The notes under the pieces are model-generated. The model saw only the letters and a list, made by a program, of their open reading frames with translations. It was not told where the DNA came from and did no database searches. This document shows, one piece after another, positions 1 through 12,900 of a stretch of 64,000 nucleotides of DNA. Source of the DNA: Felis catus (lineage: Eukaryota). The first letter of the stretch is position 1. Each line of letters begins with the position of its first letter. The stretch spans positions 16,990,001 through 17,054,000 of the forward strand of contig NC_058368.1 in NCBI RefSeq assembly GCF_018350175.1, given 5' to 3'. The translations under genes and the position numbers were made by a program.

Positions 1-1830
1 AAGCTGTGACTTTAATGGGATTTATCTACCACCTTTTGATAGTTATATGTTTTACCAAGTCATCTAGGGTATTTACTACCACCTTCTCACCAGATGCAAT
101 CAGCATGATATCACCAGTGACCAGCAAACCACTATGATATTCTGTCAGGTGGCCAAATAATAAAAATTTCTATGGATTACATTATGGAAGAGAGAAGAGA
201 TGTTATGGCCCTGAGTTAAGGCAGTAAAAATGTACTGATGTTTCTGTCCAATGAAAACAAACCACTTTTGATGTAGTTTTTCTGATCAATATAAAGAAAA
301 AGTAATTTGTCAAAATAATGGTTGTATACCTAATAACAGGAGCTGTCCGATTTACTCCAGGAAAGAAACTCAATTGATGCTAGTGGAGTCATCACCTGAT
401 TAAATGTATAATTCTCTACCGTCGTTGTCTAAGATCCGTTTGTCTTTTGCATAGGCCAAATAGGTAAGTTAAATGAGATCTGAGAAGAATTACCATTCCT
501 GCGTCTTTCAGTACTTTGCAGTTTCCACAAGTATTTAGAGTTGCTTTTGATTTACTATTTTTATAGGGAGATGATGCTCCAGAGGCTCCTGCCTGGATCT
601 TCCTGCAAAATAGCCTTCACCATACATTTCAGAGATCCACTTGGTGATTCTGCCAGTTGCTGTGCATGTATATTCCAACTGTATATTCAGAGTGGATTTA
701 AAGACCCAGTTGATTCACTGTGAGAAAAACAAAGGCTAGAACTGACTTCCATAAGCTACCATCCTGACTGAGGAATCTCAGTGACATGTTGAGTGCTAAA
801 GAATTAGTGTCAGATTATGGTCAAGTAATTCTCATGAATATGTATATTTTTCTTTTCCCTGTATCCCTTCCTGGCTGCAGGAAGAAGTTTTAATTGCATA
901 CTTATGGCATTGTCCCAATGTTCTTTCTCAAGAACACTCATCCTGTCTTCCCCTTTATCCACAGGGTTCTTGGTCTATGCATTGAATTGGTTTTGGAAAT
1001 TAACCCCTTGAGACTGCTCCAAAACAAACAACTTCACCTGATAGAGAATTTAGTTTCTTACATATCAAATGAAACTTTAGTAGTAGTCTAACCATCTATC
1101 TTAAGCTTGTAAGATACCAACACCAATATTTTTATGGATCATATAATTCTGAAACTGCTCTGGAGCTGCTACCCATTTACATAAACCTGTCTACCTTTTC
1201 TTTGGTCATCAATCCCTGTTTTCCAGCCTCTGTTACTCTGGGATCCCATCACCCTCACTGAGATCAGAGAATGCATTTCTATGAAGTCATCTCCACTGGC
1301 CTCTGCATCATGCAAAGCACAACGACTACAGCTTTCCAGTATTGCTAGTATTTTTTACTTCATGGTGTATTTCAATGCCTCAGTGAAGGAAGTTTCCATT
1401 GAGCCTTTGCAATTAGAATATTGATAAGCAATTGACTCCAAAATTTCTATATCCTTAAGCCTTAAGATTAATTTCTCTACAGGCATCTCAACTTTATTTA
1501 ATAGAGTTCTTACTTCAGGCTAAGTTTTAGTCAATCATTCACTCAAACTATTGGTGCCACTCCTGACTTCTGGAACTAGCATGTTGAATTCAGAATTTTT
1601 GATTTCCATATCAACAAAGTTGGTCAGAGATAACATTACATTCTTTGTTTCTTGGCCTAGAACACTTATTATCTATTTCCCACATAAAATGTCCAAGTAT
1701 CTGCAAATCTTTTAGAGTATACATCCTTAATAAGTTGCCAGAGGCATTGTCTCTGAGAAAGAGTTACCTTGGCTGCTGTGGCTGGGAACTATAACATTTC
1801 TAGAGTTTCAGCCTCCCATAGTCACTAACT
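1..1830 (-). mobile_element. Decayed ERV-L (class III) internal region: gag-protease-RT fragment, runs off the left edge of the window
   Basis: Minus-strand translation gives ERV-L RT motifs VLKDAGMV (492-515), FNLPIWPMQKTNGS* (~430-472), HQYIFTALTQG (208-240) and TGDIMLI (~98-118; YIDD lost). Gag/protease-like remnants lie at ~640-1700. Many stops and frameshifts. Confidence 0.85.
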
Positions 1831-1839
1831 TCTTGTTTA

Positions 1840-2333
1840 ATTGTATCATTTTCAGAAGAATATGACTTCTATAATTTCTGCTCCTTAAATTTAATTCAGT
1901 TTTATTTATAGTATAACACAAAAAAATAGCTTTTGGAAATATTTTAAGGATGTGTGAAAAGAAAATTAATTTTCATAGGTTACAAGTTAAATATTAGGCT
2001 TCATAAAGTATATTAATTTGTTGGTCTCCATGTATTTTTGTTATTGTTTATTTCTATGTGAATATCTAAGATAGTTGTGTTAGACTTTCTCACAGTGGTT
2101 GCTTTTACTAATTTTTCTTTGCATATACAGGGTTTTTGTTTTTTTCACGTTTTGATGCTGTTACTAAATCATCATGGTGGATTACATATTCTGTCAATGT
2201 AGAATGGCTCCTTTGCCCCAATTTAGTTTTTGCTTTGATTTTTTTTTGCTTTATTTTGTTTATAGTTCATAATAATTCTTCTGATTGTTTTATTTGTACT
2301 ATTTAATACAGTTATTGTATAAAAATATAGAGC
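1840..2333 (-). mobile_element. Ancient L1 (L1M-type) ORF2 endonuclease-region relic
   Basis: T-rich antisense L1-like text (ttttggaaatattttaaggatgtgtgaaaagaa), highly diverged. Confidence 0.5.
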
Positions 2334-2350
2334 TGAATTTGGGTTTTTTA

Positions 2351-3035
2351 TTTTTATTTTTTTCCCTTTTTTTTAATGAAATTTATTGTCAAATTGGTTT
2401 CCATACAACACCCAGTGCTCATCCCAACAGGTGCCCTCCGCAGTACCCATCACCCACCCTCCCCTCCCTCCCGCCCCGCATCAACCCTCAGTTGATTCTC
2501 AGTTTTTAAAAGTCTCTTATGCTTTGGATCCCTCCCTCTATAACTTTTTTTTTCCTTCCCCTCCCCCATGGGCTTCTGTTAAGTTTCTCAGGATCCACAT
2601 AAGAGTGAAAACATATGGTATGTCTTTCTCTGTATGACTTATTTCACTTAGCATAACACTCTCCAGTTCCATCCACGTTGCTACAAAAGGCCATATTTCA
2701 TTCTTTCTCATTGCCAGGTAGTATCCCATTGTGTATATAAACCACAATTTCGGGGCGCCTGGGTGGCGCAGTCGGTTAAGCGTCCGACTTCAGCCAGGTC
2801 ACGATCTCGCGGTCCGTGAGTTCGAGCCCCGCGTCAGGCTCTGGGCTGATGGCTCAGAGCCTGGAGCCTGTTTCCGATTCTGTGTCTCCCTCTCTCTCTG
2901 CCCCTCCCCCATTCATGCTCTGTCTCTCTCTGTCCCCAAAATAAATAAAAACGTTGAAAAAATTAAAAAAAAAAACAAAAAACAAAAAAAAAAAAACCCA
3001 CAATTTCTTTATCCATTCATCAGTTGATGGACATT
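2351..3035 (-). mobile_element. Felid L1 3' end (poly-A, 3'UTR, ORF2 C-terminus); the non-inverted part of a twin-primed insertion
   Basis: Poly-T followed by aatgaaatttattgtcaaattggtttccatacaacacccagtgctc; the minus ORF MWFIYTMGYYLAMRKNEIWPFVATWMELESVMLSEIS is the L1 ORF2 C-terminus. Confidence 0.9.
2752..2997 (+). mobile_element. Young felid CAN-SINE (SINEC_Fc-type) inserted in L1
   Basis: ggggcgcctgggtggcgcagtcggttaagcgtccgacttcagccagg head, CT tract, A tail, TSD ccacaatttc. Confidence 0.97.
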
Positions 3036-3563
3036 CAGACTTTAGCCTCTACTACAAAGCTGCAATCATCAAGACAGCATGGTATTGGCACAAAAATAGA
3101 CACATAGATCATGGAATAGAATAGAGACTCCAGATTTGGACCCACAAAAGTATGGCCAACTAATCTTTGACAAAGCAGGAAAGAATATCCAATGGAAAAA
3201 AGACAGTCTCTTTAACAAATGGTGCTGGGAGAACTGGACAGCAACATGCAGAAAAACGAAATTAGACCACTTTCTTATGCCATTCCTCCCCTCCAAAAAA
3301 AAAACAAAAAAACAACCTCAAAATGGATAAAGGACCTGAATGTGAGACAGGAAACCATCAAAACCCTAGAGAGGAAGCAGGAAAAAACCTCTCTGACCTC
3401 AGCCACAGCAATTTCTTACTTGACACATTTCCAAAGACAAGGGAATTAAAAGCGAAAATGAACTATTGGGACCTCATGAAGATAAAAATCTTCTGCACAG
3501 CAAGGAAACAACCAACAAAACTAAAAGACAACCAATGGAATGGGCAAAGATATTTGCAAATGA
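3036..3563 (+). mobile_element. Felid L1 ORF2 segment, inverted 5' part of the twin-primed L1
   Basis: [33 protein letters not shown] and ELKAKMNYWDLMKIK are L1 ORF2; orientation is opposite to the adjacent 3' end. Confidence 0.9.
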
Positions 3564-3834
3564 ATTTGTTTTTTAAAAAACAATATGACAGTATTGGCTT
3601 CTTAAGAAGGAAGCCTTGCTTATATCAATTTACTAAAATAACTAATATATTTGAGTAGCTGCTTTTATTTTATTCAATCTAAAGGAGTAAATCACAAAGT
3701 AATGTATTCAAAATGACTCAAAAGAAAAAGGAATGAAAAATTTATTATGCAAGGAATATGACATTACAGTGGAAAGTCTGACCAATAGTGATGCCTGAAT
3801 AAAATTGTCAAAAAATAGAAAAATAATTATTAGA

Positions 3835-4270
3835 AAATAAAATTATCAATAATTCTACCACCAAGCAATAAGCACTATTAACATTTGGAATATTCTTTGC
3901 CTTCTATACATCTTGTTTGGTATCTCTAAAATCAAACTGTGTAAACCATCTTACTTTTTTTCCAATCATTGTTATATCATAAACATTTTTCCACATCATT
4001 AAATATCCTCTGTAAACAATATTTTTAATTATTGCATTTTGTTGTCATATGTCATAACATTCTTTACTAATTATAACTCTATTATGAAAATGTGAGTTTT
4101 TTCTTGTCATTTACTATTATTAATATGTCTTTGAATGCATTTTAATTGGTTTCTTAGACTCCCAAAATAACATTTCTCTGTCAAAAATATGTTTTCAAAA
4201 ACGGGTCCTTGATACATAATGCATGACTTCTTTACAAAAATGTGTATCAATTTATGTTCCCACCATATTG
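3835..4270 (-). mobile_element. Old L1ME-like 3' end relic
   Basis: aataattctaccaccaagcaataagcactattaacatttgg resembles antisense L1ME 3'UTR. Confidence 0.45.
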
Positions 4271-4293
4271 AGTTTAAGATGGAAAGTTAAATT

Positions 4294-4507
4294 GGGGCAC
4301 CTGGGTGGCTCAGTCAGTTAAGCGACTGACCGACTCCGGCTGAGGTCATGATCTCACAGTTTGTGGGTTCAAGCCCCGTGTCAGGCTCTGTGCTGACAGC
4401 TCAGAGCCTGGAGCCTGCTTCAGATTCTGTGTCTCCCTCTCTCTCCGCCCCTCCCCCACTCAAGCTCTGTCTCTCTATCTCAAAAATAAATAAACATTAA
4501 AAAAATT
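4294..4507 (+). mobile_element. CAN-SINE
   Basis: tRNA-derived head, CT tract, A tail, TSD gaaagttaaatt. Confidence 0.95.
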
Positions 4508-4554
4508 GAGGATTGAAAGTTAAATTTAGTTCCACACTGAATCAAAATATTAGC

Positions 4555-4650
4555 ATTTTGTTCATCGTTTTATTTCTAGTTCCTACACAGTTCTTGGCAC
4601 ATATAGTGGGCATGCAGAAAATATTTTTGAGTGAATAATTGAATTATTCT
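4555..4650 (+). mobile_element. L2 3' end relic
   Basis: ttgttcatcg...cacagttcttggcacatatagtggg...aaatatttttgagtgaat resembles the L2 terminus. Confidence 0.55.
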
Positions 4651-5431
4651 ATTCAGGCAATGTGCTAGAGTAGAAAAGTTATAATCCTTTAGGGTACAAG
4701 AGGATTATTTATTTGAAAAATGGATTAAATGATTTCCCAAAAGTTATGGAGCTATTGTTTTAAAAAAATCTAGAAGTAGAACACAGTTTATTGACTCCAA
4801 CCTTTGTGCTTTTTCTTAAACACTTAAAAGATTTCATTAATTTAGAATTTTTTCTAGTTGATAGTGTCTCTATATATCAATAATCTAAGATATCATACAA
4901 TTTTAAATACATATTTTTATTTAAAGTCCAACTTACCATATTCACAAAATTCGCCATGTGTACCAACACATACATATAAATCAGACTAGTCAATAATCAA
5001 TGACAAACTAAAAGGAATTGACAAGTTTAACCATTTATCCCCGTATGTATGAGTGATTTCTATTTTACATGGAATTTCCCCTGAGAAACTTCTCCAAATT
5101 TATGTGTGAGGAAGCTAGAACTTAGGCAGGAATGAGGTCAGATGATGGAATTTGGGGACTGTCAGAACATTTAGAAGTGAAAAAGAAAGACCTCAATAAG
5201 AAAACCACAAGAAAGCACTTTCAAATATACATGTAAGGAGGAAATAACAGATATACTGAATCAGAAAAACCCATTAAGAAACATTGGCCAAAAAATAATA
5301 TTCTGTATTTGCTTAAAAATAGCAACCCATAGATCCAGGAAGTTTAGCAAAGACCACGCAAGACAGATAAAAAGCCATATCTAGATACATCATTGTCAAT
5401 CACAGAAAACAAATGATAAAGAAAAAGACCC

Positions 5432-5628
5432 AGGGACGCCTGGGTGGCTTTGTTGGTTAAGCGTCCTACTTCGGCTCAGGTCATGATCTCATAGTCCATG
5501 GATTAGAGCCCCACATTGGGCTTTGTGCTGACAGCTCAGATTCTGTATCTCCCCTTCTCTCTGCCCCTCCCCTGTCTGCTCTCTGTCTCTGTCTCTCAAA
5601 AAATAAATAAACATTAAAAAAATTTTTT
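5432..5628 (+). mobile_element. CAN-SINE (small internal deletion)
   Basis: SINE head and tail, TSD taaagaaaaagacc. Confidence 0.93.
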
Positions 5629-5762
5629 TAAAGAAAAAGACCTATTAAAGAACAGGGGAAGAGATACATTACATCCAGGACAACTCCAATAAGGATGAGA
5701 GCTATATTCTCATCATAAAATTTGTAGATCACCAAACAATGGACAACTTCTTTAAAGTGCCA

Positions 5763-5889
5763 GAAGGAGGAGGAGGAGGAGAAGGAGGAGGAGGAGGAGG
5801 AGGAAGAGGAGGAGGAGGAGGAGGAGGAGGAGGAGGAGGAGAAAAAGAAGAAGAAGAAGAAGATGAAGAAGAAGAAGAAGAAGAAGAAG

Positions 5890-5921
<32 letters not shown>

Positions 5922-5947
5922 GGATGAGGAGGATGAGGAGGAGGAGA
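5763..5947 (+). repeat. Compound trinucleotide microsatellite (GGA)n(GAA)n(CAA)n(GGA/GAT)n
   Basis: Directly visible. Confidence 0.98.
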
Positions 5948-6663
5948 CTGTCAACTTAGAAGTCCATATCCCAAAACAATATTATTCAGAATTAAGGCAA
6001 AATAAAGACGTTATAAATAATCAAATGTTGATACAAAGTTCTGCCTTCACCATGGCAAGAAATGCCCACTACATCATCTGTCTCATAATTAATAGAAAGC
6101 TTATGGAAGAAAGTAATAACTCAGAAAGGCAACCCAGATTGTGTGTGTGTGTGTGGTTTTCTATTGTTTTTATGATAAAATGATGGCATGGAAAACCAAA
6201 AGTTCTATCGAAATCCTATATATCTGACCAGAGGAATCTAGGAAAGGAACGGATTGTGTCAGGATGCAGGGGGTAGGTAGGAAGGGAATTCCAGAGAGGG
6301 GAGAGCTGAAAAGGGGGATTCCATAACTCGTTTTATGAATCTGCACAAGTCTTAGGCTCACCTCTTGGCTATTCATGAATGAGACAGACCCCCAAACCAT
6401 GTAACAAAGATGTTGAGAGCTGGACATATTTAAACACTGGCCCAAGTCTCAGACTAACCTTGACTGTTGCATGTGTGTGACAGAACCAAAGCAGCATAAC
6501 AGAAGCTTTGAAAACTAGATTTTAGGAATAAATTTAATAAATGTGTGCAACCTCCTAAAAAGTAAAAAATATAGCTAAGAGAAATTCAGCACACATTCCT
6601 GCACACACAAAAAGCATTTTGAGAGATTTAAAGATTCACTGTTTTTAAGATGTTACTACTTTC

Positions 6664-6893
6664 TTTTTTTTTAATTTTTTTTAAGTTTTATTTTTTATAT
6701 TTGAGAGAGAGAGAGTGTGTGTGTGCACATGAGCAGGGAGGGGCAGAGAGAGAAGGAGACACAAAATCTGAAGCAGGCTCCAGGCTCTGAGCTGCCAGCA
6801 CAGAGCCCAATGTGGGGCTCGAACCCACGAGCAGTGAGATCATGACCCGAGCCGAAGTTGGGCGCCTTACTGACTGAGCCACTCATGCACCCC
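6664..6893 (-). mobile_element. CAN-SINE
   Basis: Antisense SINE, TSD aagatgttactactttct. Confidence 0.95.
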
Positions 6894-7650
6894 AAGATGT
6901 TACTACTTTCTAAATTGATTTATATATTCACTGAAATCTATTAAAATCCAAGCCGACATTTTGTAAAATACATGAAATAATTATAATATTTTTATGAAAA
7001 TGCAAGGATCTATAACAAGCAAAGCAATCTAAAAAAATAGTTGGAAGACTTTCTGATTTCATGACTTAATAATAAAACTATTATAATCAAGATAATGTGG
7101 TTTTGGTACAAAGATAGGCAAAGTAGTCAAATGACTCTACACATGGATCCACATATAGATAGTAAATTGATTTTAGTAAAGGTACTAATGTTATCCAATG
7201 TATAATAAATTGTTTTTACAACAAAAGATTCTGAAACAACTGGATAATCACGAATAAAGTTGAATCTCAACACTACCTCACTAAAATTAATTTGATCACA
7301 AACCTGGACACAAAAGCTAAATGCAAACAAACCTTGTAAAAAAAAAAAAAAGCAGGGGAATGGGTACATGACTTTGGTTTAAGGAAAGAATTCTTATGTA
7401 GGTTGTAAGAAAGTTGTGAACAAAATTCTCAAATGAAAAGATGTAGTAATGACCAATAAACACAAATTTTGTGTGTGTGAAAAAGTGTTCAACATCCTTA
7501 GTCATTAAGGAAATTAAAATTACCCTGACATGCTATGTCACATACAATAGGGATAACTAAAATTAAAAGTGTGTTTATACCAAGTGTTGGCAAGGATGTA
7601 GAGGAAATGGAACTCTCTTGCATTGCTGATGGGAATATAAAATGATACAT

Positions 7651-7868
7651 TAATTTTTTTTTAATGTTTATTCGTTTTTGTTAGATGGAGAGAGACAGAA
7701 CGTGAGTGCGGGAGGGGCAGAGAGAAAAGGAGACACAGAATCCGAAGCAGGCTCCTGGCTCGGAGCTGTCAGCACAGAGGCCAATGTGAGGCTCAAACCC
7801 ACGGACCGTTAGATCATAACCTGAGCTGAAGTCAGATGCTTAACTGGCTGAGCCACCCAGGTGCCCCC
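7651..7868 (-). mobile_element. CAN-SINE
   Basis: Antisense SINE, TSD aaaatgatacatt. Confidence 0.95.
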
Positions 7869-8200
7869 AAAATGATACATTTTAAAATACAGTTTGGCAG
7901 TGTCTTATATAGCTAAAAAATACCTATCCTAGGATCTATCAATTCTGATCCTGGCCATTTACCTAAAATAAGTTAAAGATGGATGTCACAAAAGAATTAC
8001 ACAAGTATTTTCATTTTAGCTTTCTTCATAATGAACTCAAACTGGAAACAATCCAAATTTCTATCAACAAGAGAATGAACAAATTGTGGTATATTCATAC
8101 AAATATATTCAGTAATAAAAAAGACACATGGAAAAACATAAATGTATCTCAAAAAACATCATAATGAATGAGAGAAACTAGGCATAAAAGAGGATATGTG

Positions 8201-8424
8201 GGGGCGCCTGGGTGGCGCAGTCGGTTGAGCGTCCGACTTCAGCCAGGTCACGATCTCGCGGTCCGTGAGTTCGAGCCCCGCGTCAGGCTCTGGGCTGATG
8301 GCTCGGAGCCTGGAGCCTGTTTCCGATTCTGTGTCTCCCTCTCTCTCTGCCCCTCCCCCGTTCATGCTCTGTCTCTCTCTGTCCCAAAAATAAATAAAAA
8401 AACGTTGAAAAAAAATTTTAAAAA
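8201..8424 (+). mobile_element. Young felid CAN-SINE (SINEC_Fc-type)
   Basis: CpG-rich consensus-like copy, TSD aaaagaggatatgtg. Confidence 0.97.
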
Positions 8425-9324
8425 AAAGAGGATATGTGGTTCCATGCACAGAAAATTCCCAAACAGGCAAAACTAAGCTATGTTTTAAGTTGGAAGAGTT
8501 GTTGCCTTGGGGCTGAGAGTGAGGAGTTCAACTCAAAAAAGGCACACAGGAACTTCCTTAGCCATGGAAATTTTATCTAAAATTTGTGTGAAAATGTATG
8601 CAAAATATTAGTAAAAATTATTGTCAGGGGCATACAGGTATATATTTTTATGAAAACCCATTGAGCTCTACATTTAAGATGGGCACATTTAAATGCATAT
8701 AGATTATACCTCAACAAATATTAATTACATGCAAACCAGCATTAAAATTATCATTGATAGTAAGATATTTATAAGCTGCCTCTCAGCCGATGGAGTGGTT
8801 GAGCAGTGGCTTCGATCTCTGTGCTGCCACACACTGATTTCTGGAAATTGACATTGTTTTGAGGGACTACTTCAAACCTTGTGGTTGTGGAAAAAGTAAA
8901 TGAGATAATGAATGGAAGGCACGCACATTTAACAAAGCCTTAGCCCAGTAAATGATAACTATTTTGAGACAAACGCCTAAAAAACAACAAAGGCTGTGAG
9001 TGTGCATGCGTTAGTTGGTACGTGTGTAGCTTTGAGCCTAGCCGTGCAATTTGAAGGAGCTCTGAGTGCATTCCACAAACTATAAGACTTGAGTTTTCAT
9101 GATCCCCATACCCATCCTTGTGCGTGGAGTCTGTCATTGTTCCCATGGGGGATGTGGTCAAGGCAATCACACTGGTCCATCTCTCACAGCCTTGCTTCAC
9201 GGCAGAGGAATCCGTACAAATTGTGACACAATCCACAGAGAATCAGAAGACACTGCTATAATTTACTTGTACTGGGGAGTTTAGAAGCAGAAATTTGGTC
9301 TTCCATTCTGGTAGTGGACACTAA

Positions 9325-9467
9325 TTTTTAAAAATTTTTTTGAATGTTTATTTTTTATTTTTGAGAGAGGGAGAGAGAGTGGGGAAGGGGCAGAGAGAGG
9401 GGACAGAGGATCTGAATCAGGTTCTGTGTTGACAGCCACTTACCTGACTGAGCCACCTTGGCACCCC
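9325..9467 (-). mobile_element. Internally deleted CAN-SINE
   Basis: Antisense tail and head present, middle missing. Confidence 0.85.
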
Positions 9468-9478
9468 ATTAATGTTCA

Positions 9479-9697
9479 TTTTTAAATTTTTTTTTAATGT
9501 TTATTTATTTTTGAGAGACAGAGAGAGACAGTGTGAGCAGGGGAGGGGCAGAGAAAGAAGGAGACACAGAATCTGAAGCAGGCCCCAGGCTCCAAGCTGT
9601 CAGCACAGAGCCCGACCTGGGGCTCGAACGCACGAACCGGGAGACCATGACCTGAGCCGAAGGCTGATCATTAACTGACTGAGCCACCCAGACGACC
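9479..9697 (-). mobile_element. CAN-SINE
   Basis: Antisense SINE, TSD-like ttaatgtt. Confidence 0.93.
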
Positions 9698-9746
9698 TTG
9701 TTAATGTTAATTTAAAAAAAAAAACAAACAAGAAAACATTTATTTT

Positions 9747-9842
9747 GGGGGTGGCTGAGTGGCTCAGTCATTTAAACATCTGACTCTTGATTTTGGCTCA
9801 AGTCACAACCTCACAGTCTTGAGATCAAAGCCCCACATCAGG
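9747..9842 (+). mobile_element. CAN-SINE 5' half only, abutting L1
   Basis: gtggctcagtcatttaaacatctgactcttgattttggctcaagtcac...ccccacatcagg, then an abrupt switch to L1. Confidence 0.85.
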
Positions 9843-12800
9843 AAAGGAAAGACCTTAAGAAAGAGTAAGAAAGGTAGGAAGTAAACAAGCAGTAAAATTA
9901 AGTATATCTATAAAAATCAGTCAAGGGATTCACAAAATAAAGGATATAAAGTATGATGCCATATACCTAAAACATGAGGTTGCTGAAGGGTACAAATTTA
10001 GTCTTTTTAGAAAGGGTTCAAACTTAAGCAACCATCAACTTACTATACACTGCTACATGTGCAAGATTTTATACAAAAACATAATAGTAACCACAAATCA
10101 AAAACAGGTAATGTATATGCAAAAAATAAAGAGAAAGGATTCCAAATATATCACTAAAGAAAGCCAACAAACCATGAAAGAAGAGAGCAAGAGAAAAAAG
10201 GGACAGAGAAAAAACTACAAAACAATAAGAAAACAAGTAACAAAGACCAATAAGTATATACCTATCAATAATTACTTTGAATGTAAATGGACTAAATGCA
10301 CCAATCAAAAGACATAGGGTGATGGAATGGGTAAAAAAGTAACACCCATCTATGTGCTGCCTACAGGAGACCCATTTAAGACCTAAAAACACCTGCAGAT
10401 GGAAAGTGAAGAGATAGAATAACATTTATCATGCAAACGTAAGTGGGGGAAAAAAGGCAGGGTAGAAATGCTTCTGTCAGATTAAATAGATTTTAAAACA
10501 AAGACTATAGCAAGAAACAAAGAAGGACACTATATAATCATAAAGGGAATAACCCAACAGGAAGATATAACAATTCTAAACACTTATGCATCCAACATGG
10601 GAGTGCCCAAGGACATAAAGCAGCTAATAACAAACATAAGGGAAGTAATCAATAGTAAAACAATAATAATAACAGACTTTCACACCCCACTTACAACAAC
10701 AGATAGATAATCTGAACAGAAAATCAACCAGGAAACAGTGGCTTTGAATGACACATTGAACCAGATGGATCTAACAGATAGAATTCAGAACATTTCATCC
10801 TAAAACAGAAGAATACACATTCTTTGCAAGTGCATATAGAACATTCTTCAGAATAAATCATGTTAGGTCATTAAACAAGTCTGAACATACTCAAAAAGGT
10901 CAAAGTTACACCATGCATCTTTTCTGACCACAATGCTGTGAAGGTAAAAATTAACCTTAAAAAAACCTACTAAGAATCCAAATACATGGAGGTGAAATAA
11001 CATGCTATTAAACAATGGGCGAGTCAATCAAAAAATCAAAGAAGAGATAAAATAAAATAATACATGGAGACAAATGAAAATGAAAACACAGTGGTCCAAA
11101 ATCTTTGGGATATGACAAAAGCTGTTCTAAGAGGGAAGTTTATAGTAATACAGTGCTACCTCAAGAAACAAGAAAAATCTCAAATAAACAACTGAACCTT
11201 ACTCCTAAAGGAACTAGAAAAAGAAAAACAAAACCGAAAAACAGCAGAATGAAAGGAGAAATAAAGATTAGAGCAGGGATAAATGAAATAGAAACTAAAA
11301 AACAACAAACAATAGAACAAGTCAATGAAACCACTAGCTTGTTCTTCAAAAAGATCAACAAAATTGATAAACCTTTAGCCAGACTGATCAAAAGAAAACA
11401 TAAGAGAGGGCTTAAATAAACAAAATTAGAAATGAAAGGGGAGAAATAATGACTGACACCACAGAAATACAAAGGATTATAAGAGAATATTATGAAATAT
11501 TATGTGCCACAAATTGGGCAACCTAGAATAAATAAATAAGTTCTTGGAAATATATAACCTCCCCAAAATGAGCCAGGAAGAAATAAAAAATTTGAACAGA
11601 CTGATTATTAGTAATAAAACTGAATCAGTAATCAAAAAATTCCCAACAAACAAAAGTCCAGAACCAGATGGATTCACAGCTGAATTCCATCAAATGTTTA
11701 ACAAGTTCATACCTACTCTCAAAATATTCCAAAAAAAAAAAAACCCAAAAAGAATAGGAAAGAAAGTTTCCAAATTTACTCCAAATTATTCAGGGTAAGT
11801 GAACATTACCCTGTTACCAAAACCAGATAAAGACACTACAAAAAAAGATAACTACAGGCCAATATCTCTGACAAGCATAGATGCAAAAATCCTCAGCAAA
11901 ATATTAGCACACTGAACTCACAATACATTAAAAAATCATTCACCACCATAAGCTGGGATTTATTTCTGTGATCCAAAGGTGGTTCAATATTCACAAATCA
12001 CCATTATATATCACATCAACAAGAGAAAGGATAAAAACCATATCATTTCAGTAGATACAGAAAAAGCATTAGACAAAGTACAACATCTATTCATAATAAA
12101 ACTCTCAACAAAGTAGATGTAGAGAGAATATACCTCAACATAATAAAAACCCCTAGCTATCATCATACTCAGTGGTGACAGACCGAGAGCTTTTCCCCTG
12201 AGTTTAAAGGAACAAGATAAAGATGTCAACGTTCACCACTTTTATTCAGCGTAATACTGGAAGTCCTAGCTACAACAATCAGATAAGAAAAAGAAGTAAA
12301 AGGTATCCAGATTGGTAAGGAAGAAGTACAACTTCCATTATTTTTAGATAACATACTATATATAGAAAACACAGAAGACTTCACTGAAAAACTATAAGAA
12401 CTGATAAATGAAATCTGTAAGGTTAGAGTTAAACAGTATATAAAATCAATATACTGAAATATGTTGCATTTTTGTACACTAATAATAAAGTAGCAGAAAG
12501 AGAAATTAAGAAGATAATCTCATTCACAATTGTACCAAAAATAATAAAATACCTAGGAATAAACCTAACCAAAGAGGTGAAAGACCTGCACTCTGAAAGC
12601 TATAAAACACTGACAAAAGAAATTGAAGGCAACACAAAGAAATGGAAAGATATTCAACGCTCATGAATTGGAAGAACAAATATCGTTAAAACGTCTATAC
12701 TACCCAAAGCAATGTACAGATTTAATGCAATCCCTAACAAAACACATTTTCTCAGAACTAGAACAGATTATTCTACAATTTATATGGAACCACAAAAGAC

Positions 12801-12900
12801 CCTGAATACCCAAAACAATCTTGAAAAGAACATATCTAGAAGTACAATTCCAAATTTCAAGATATACTGCAAATCTGTAGTAATCAAACAGTATGGTACC

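Larger units (their letters stand above)
5240..8725 (+). mobile_element. Old fragmented L1 (L1MC/MD/ME-like): ORF1 remnant, internally deleted ORF2 and 3'UTR, interrupted by 4 SINEs and a microsatellite
   Basis: ORF1-like agatccaggaagtttagcaa...ctagatacatcattgtcaa and actgtcaacttagaagtccatatccc; ORF2-like ttaggaataaatttaa, aagataatgtggttttggtacaaagatagg; 3'UTR ends tatacctcaacaaa. Confidence 0.75.

Noticed and set aside
2731..3027. Recurrent ORFs GAPGWRSRLSVRLQPGHDLAVREFEP / MGQRETE... that look like a gene family
   Set aside because: Translations of CAN-SINE copies
5628..6183. ORFs with poly-S/L/F, poly-G/E/Q and poly-K/N
   Set aside because: Translations of the trinucleotide microsatellite; no splice or coding context
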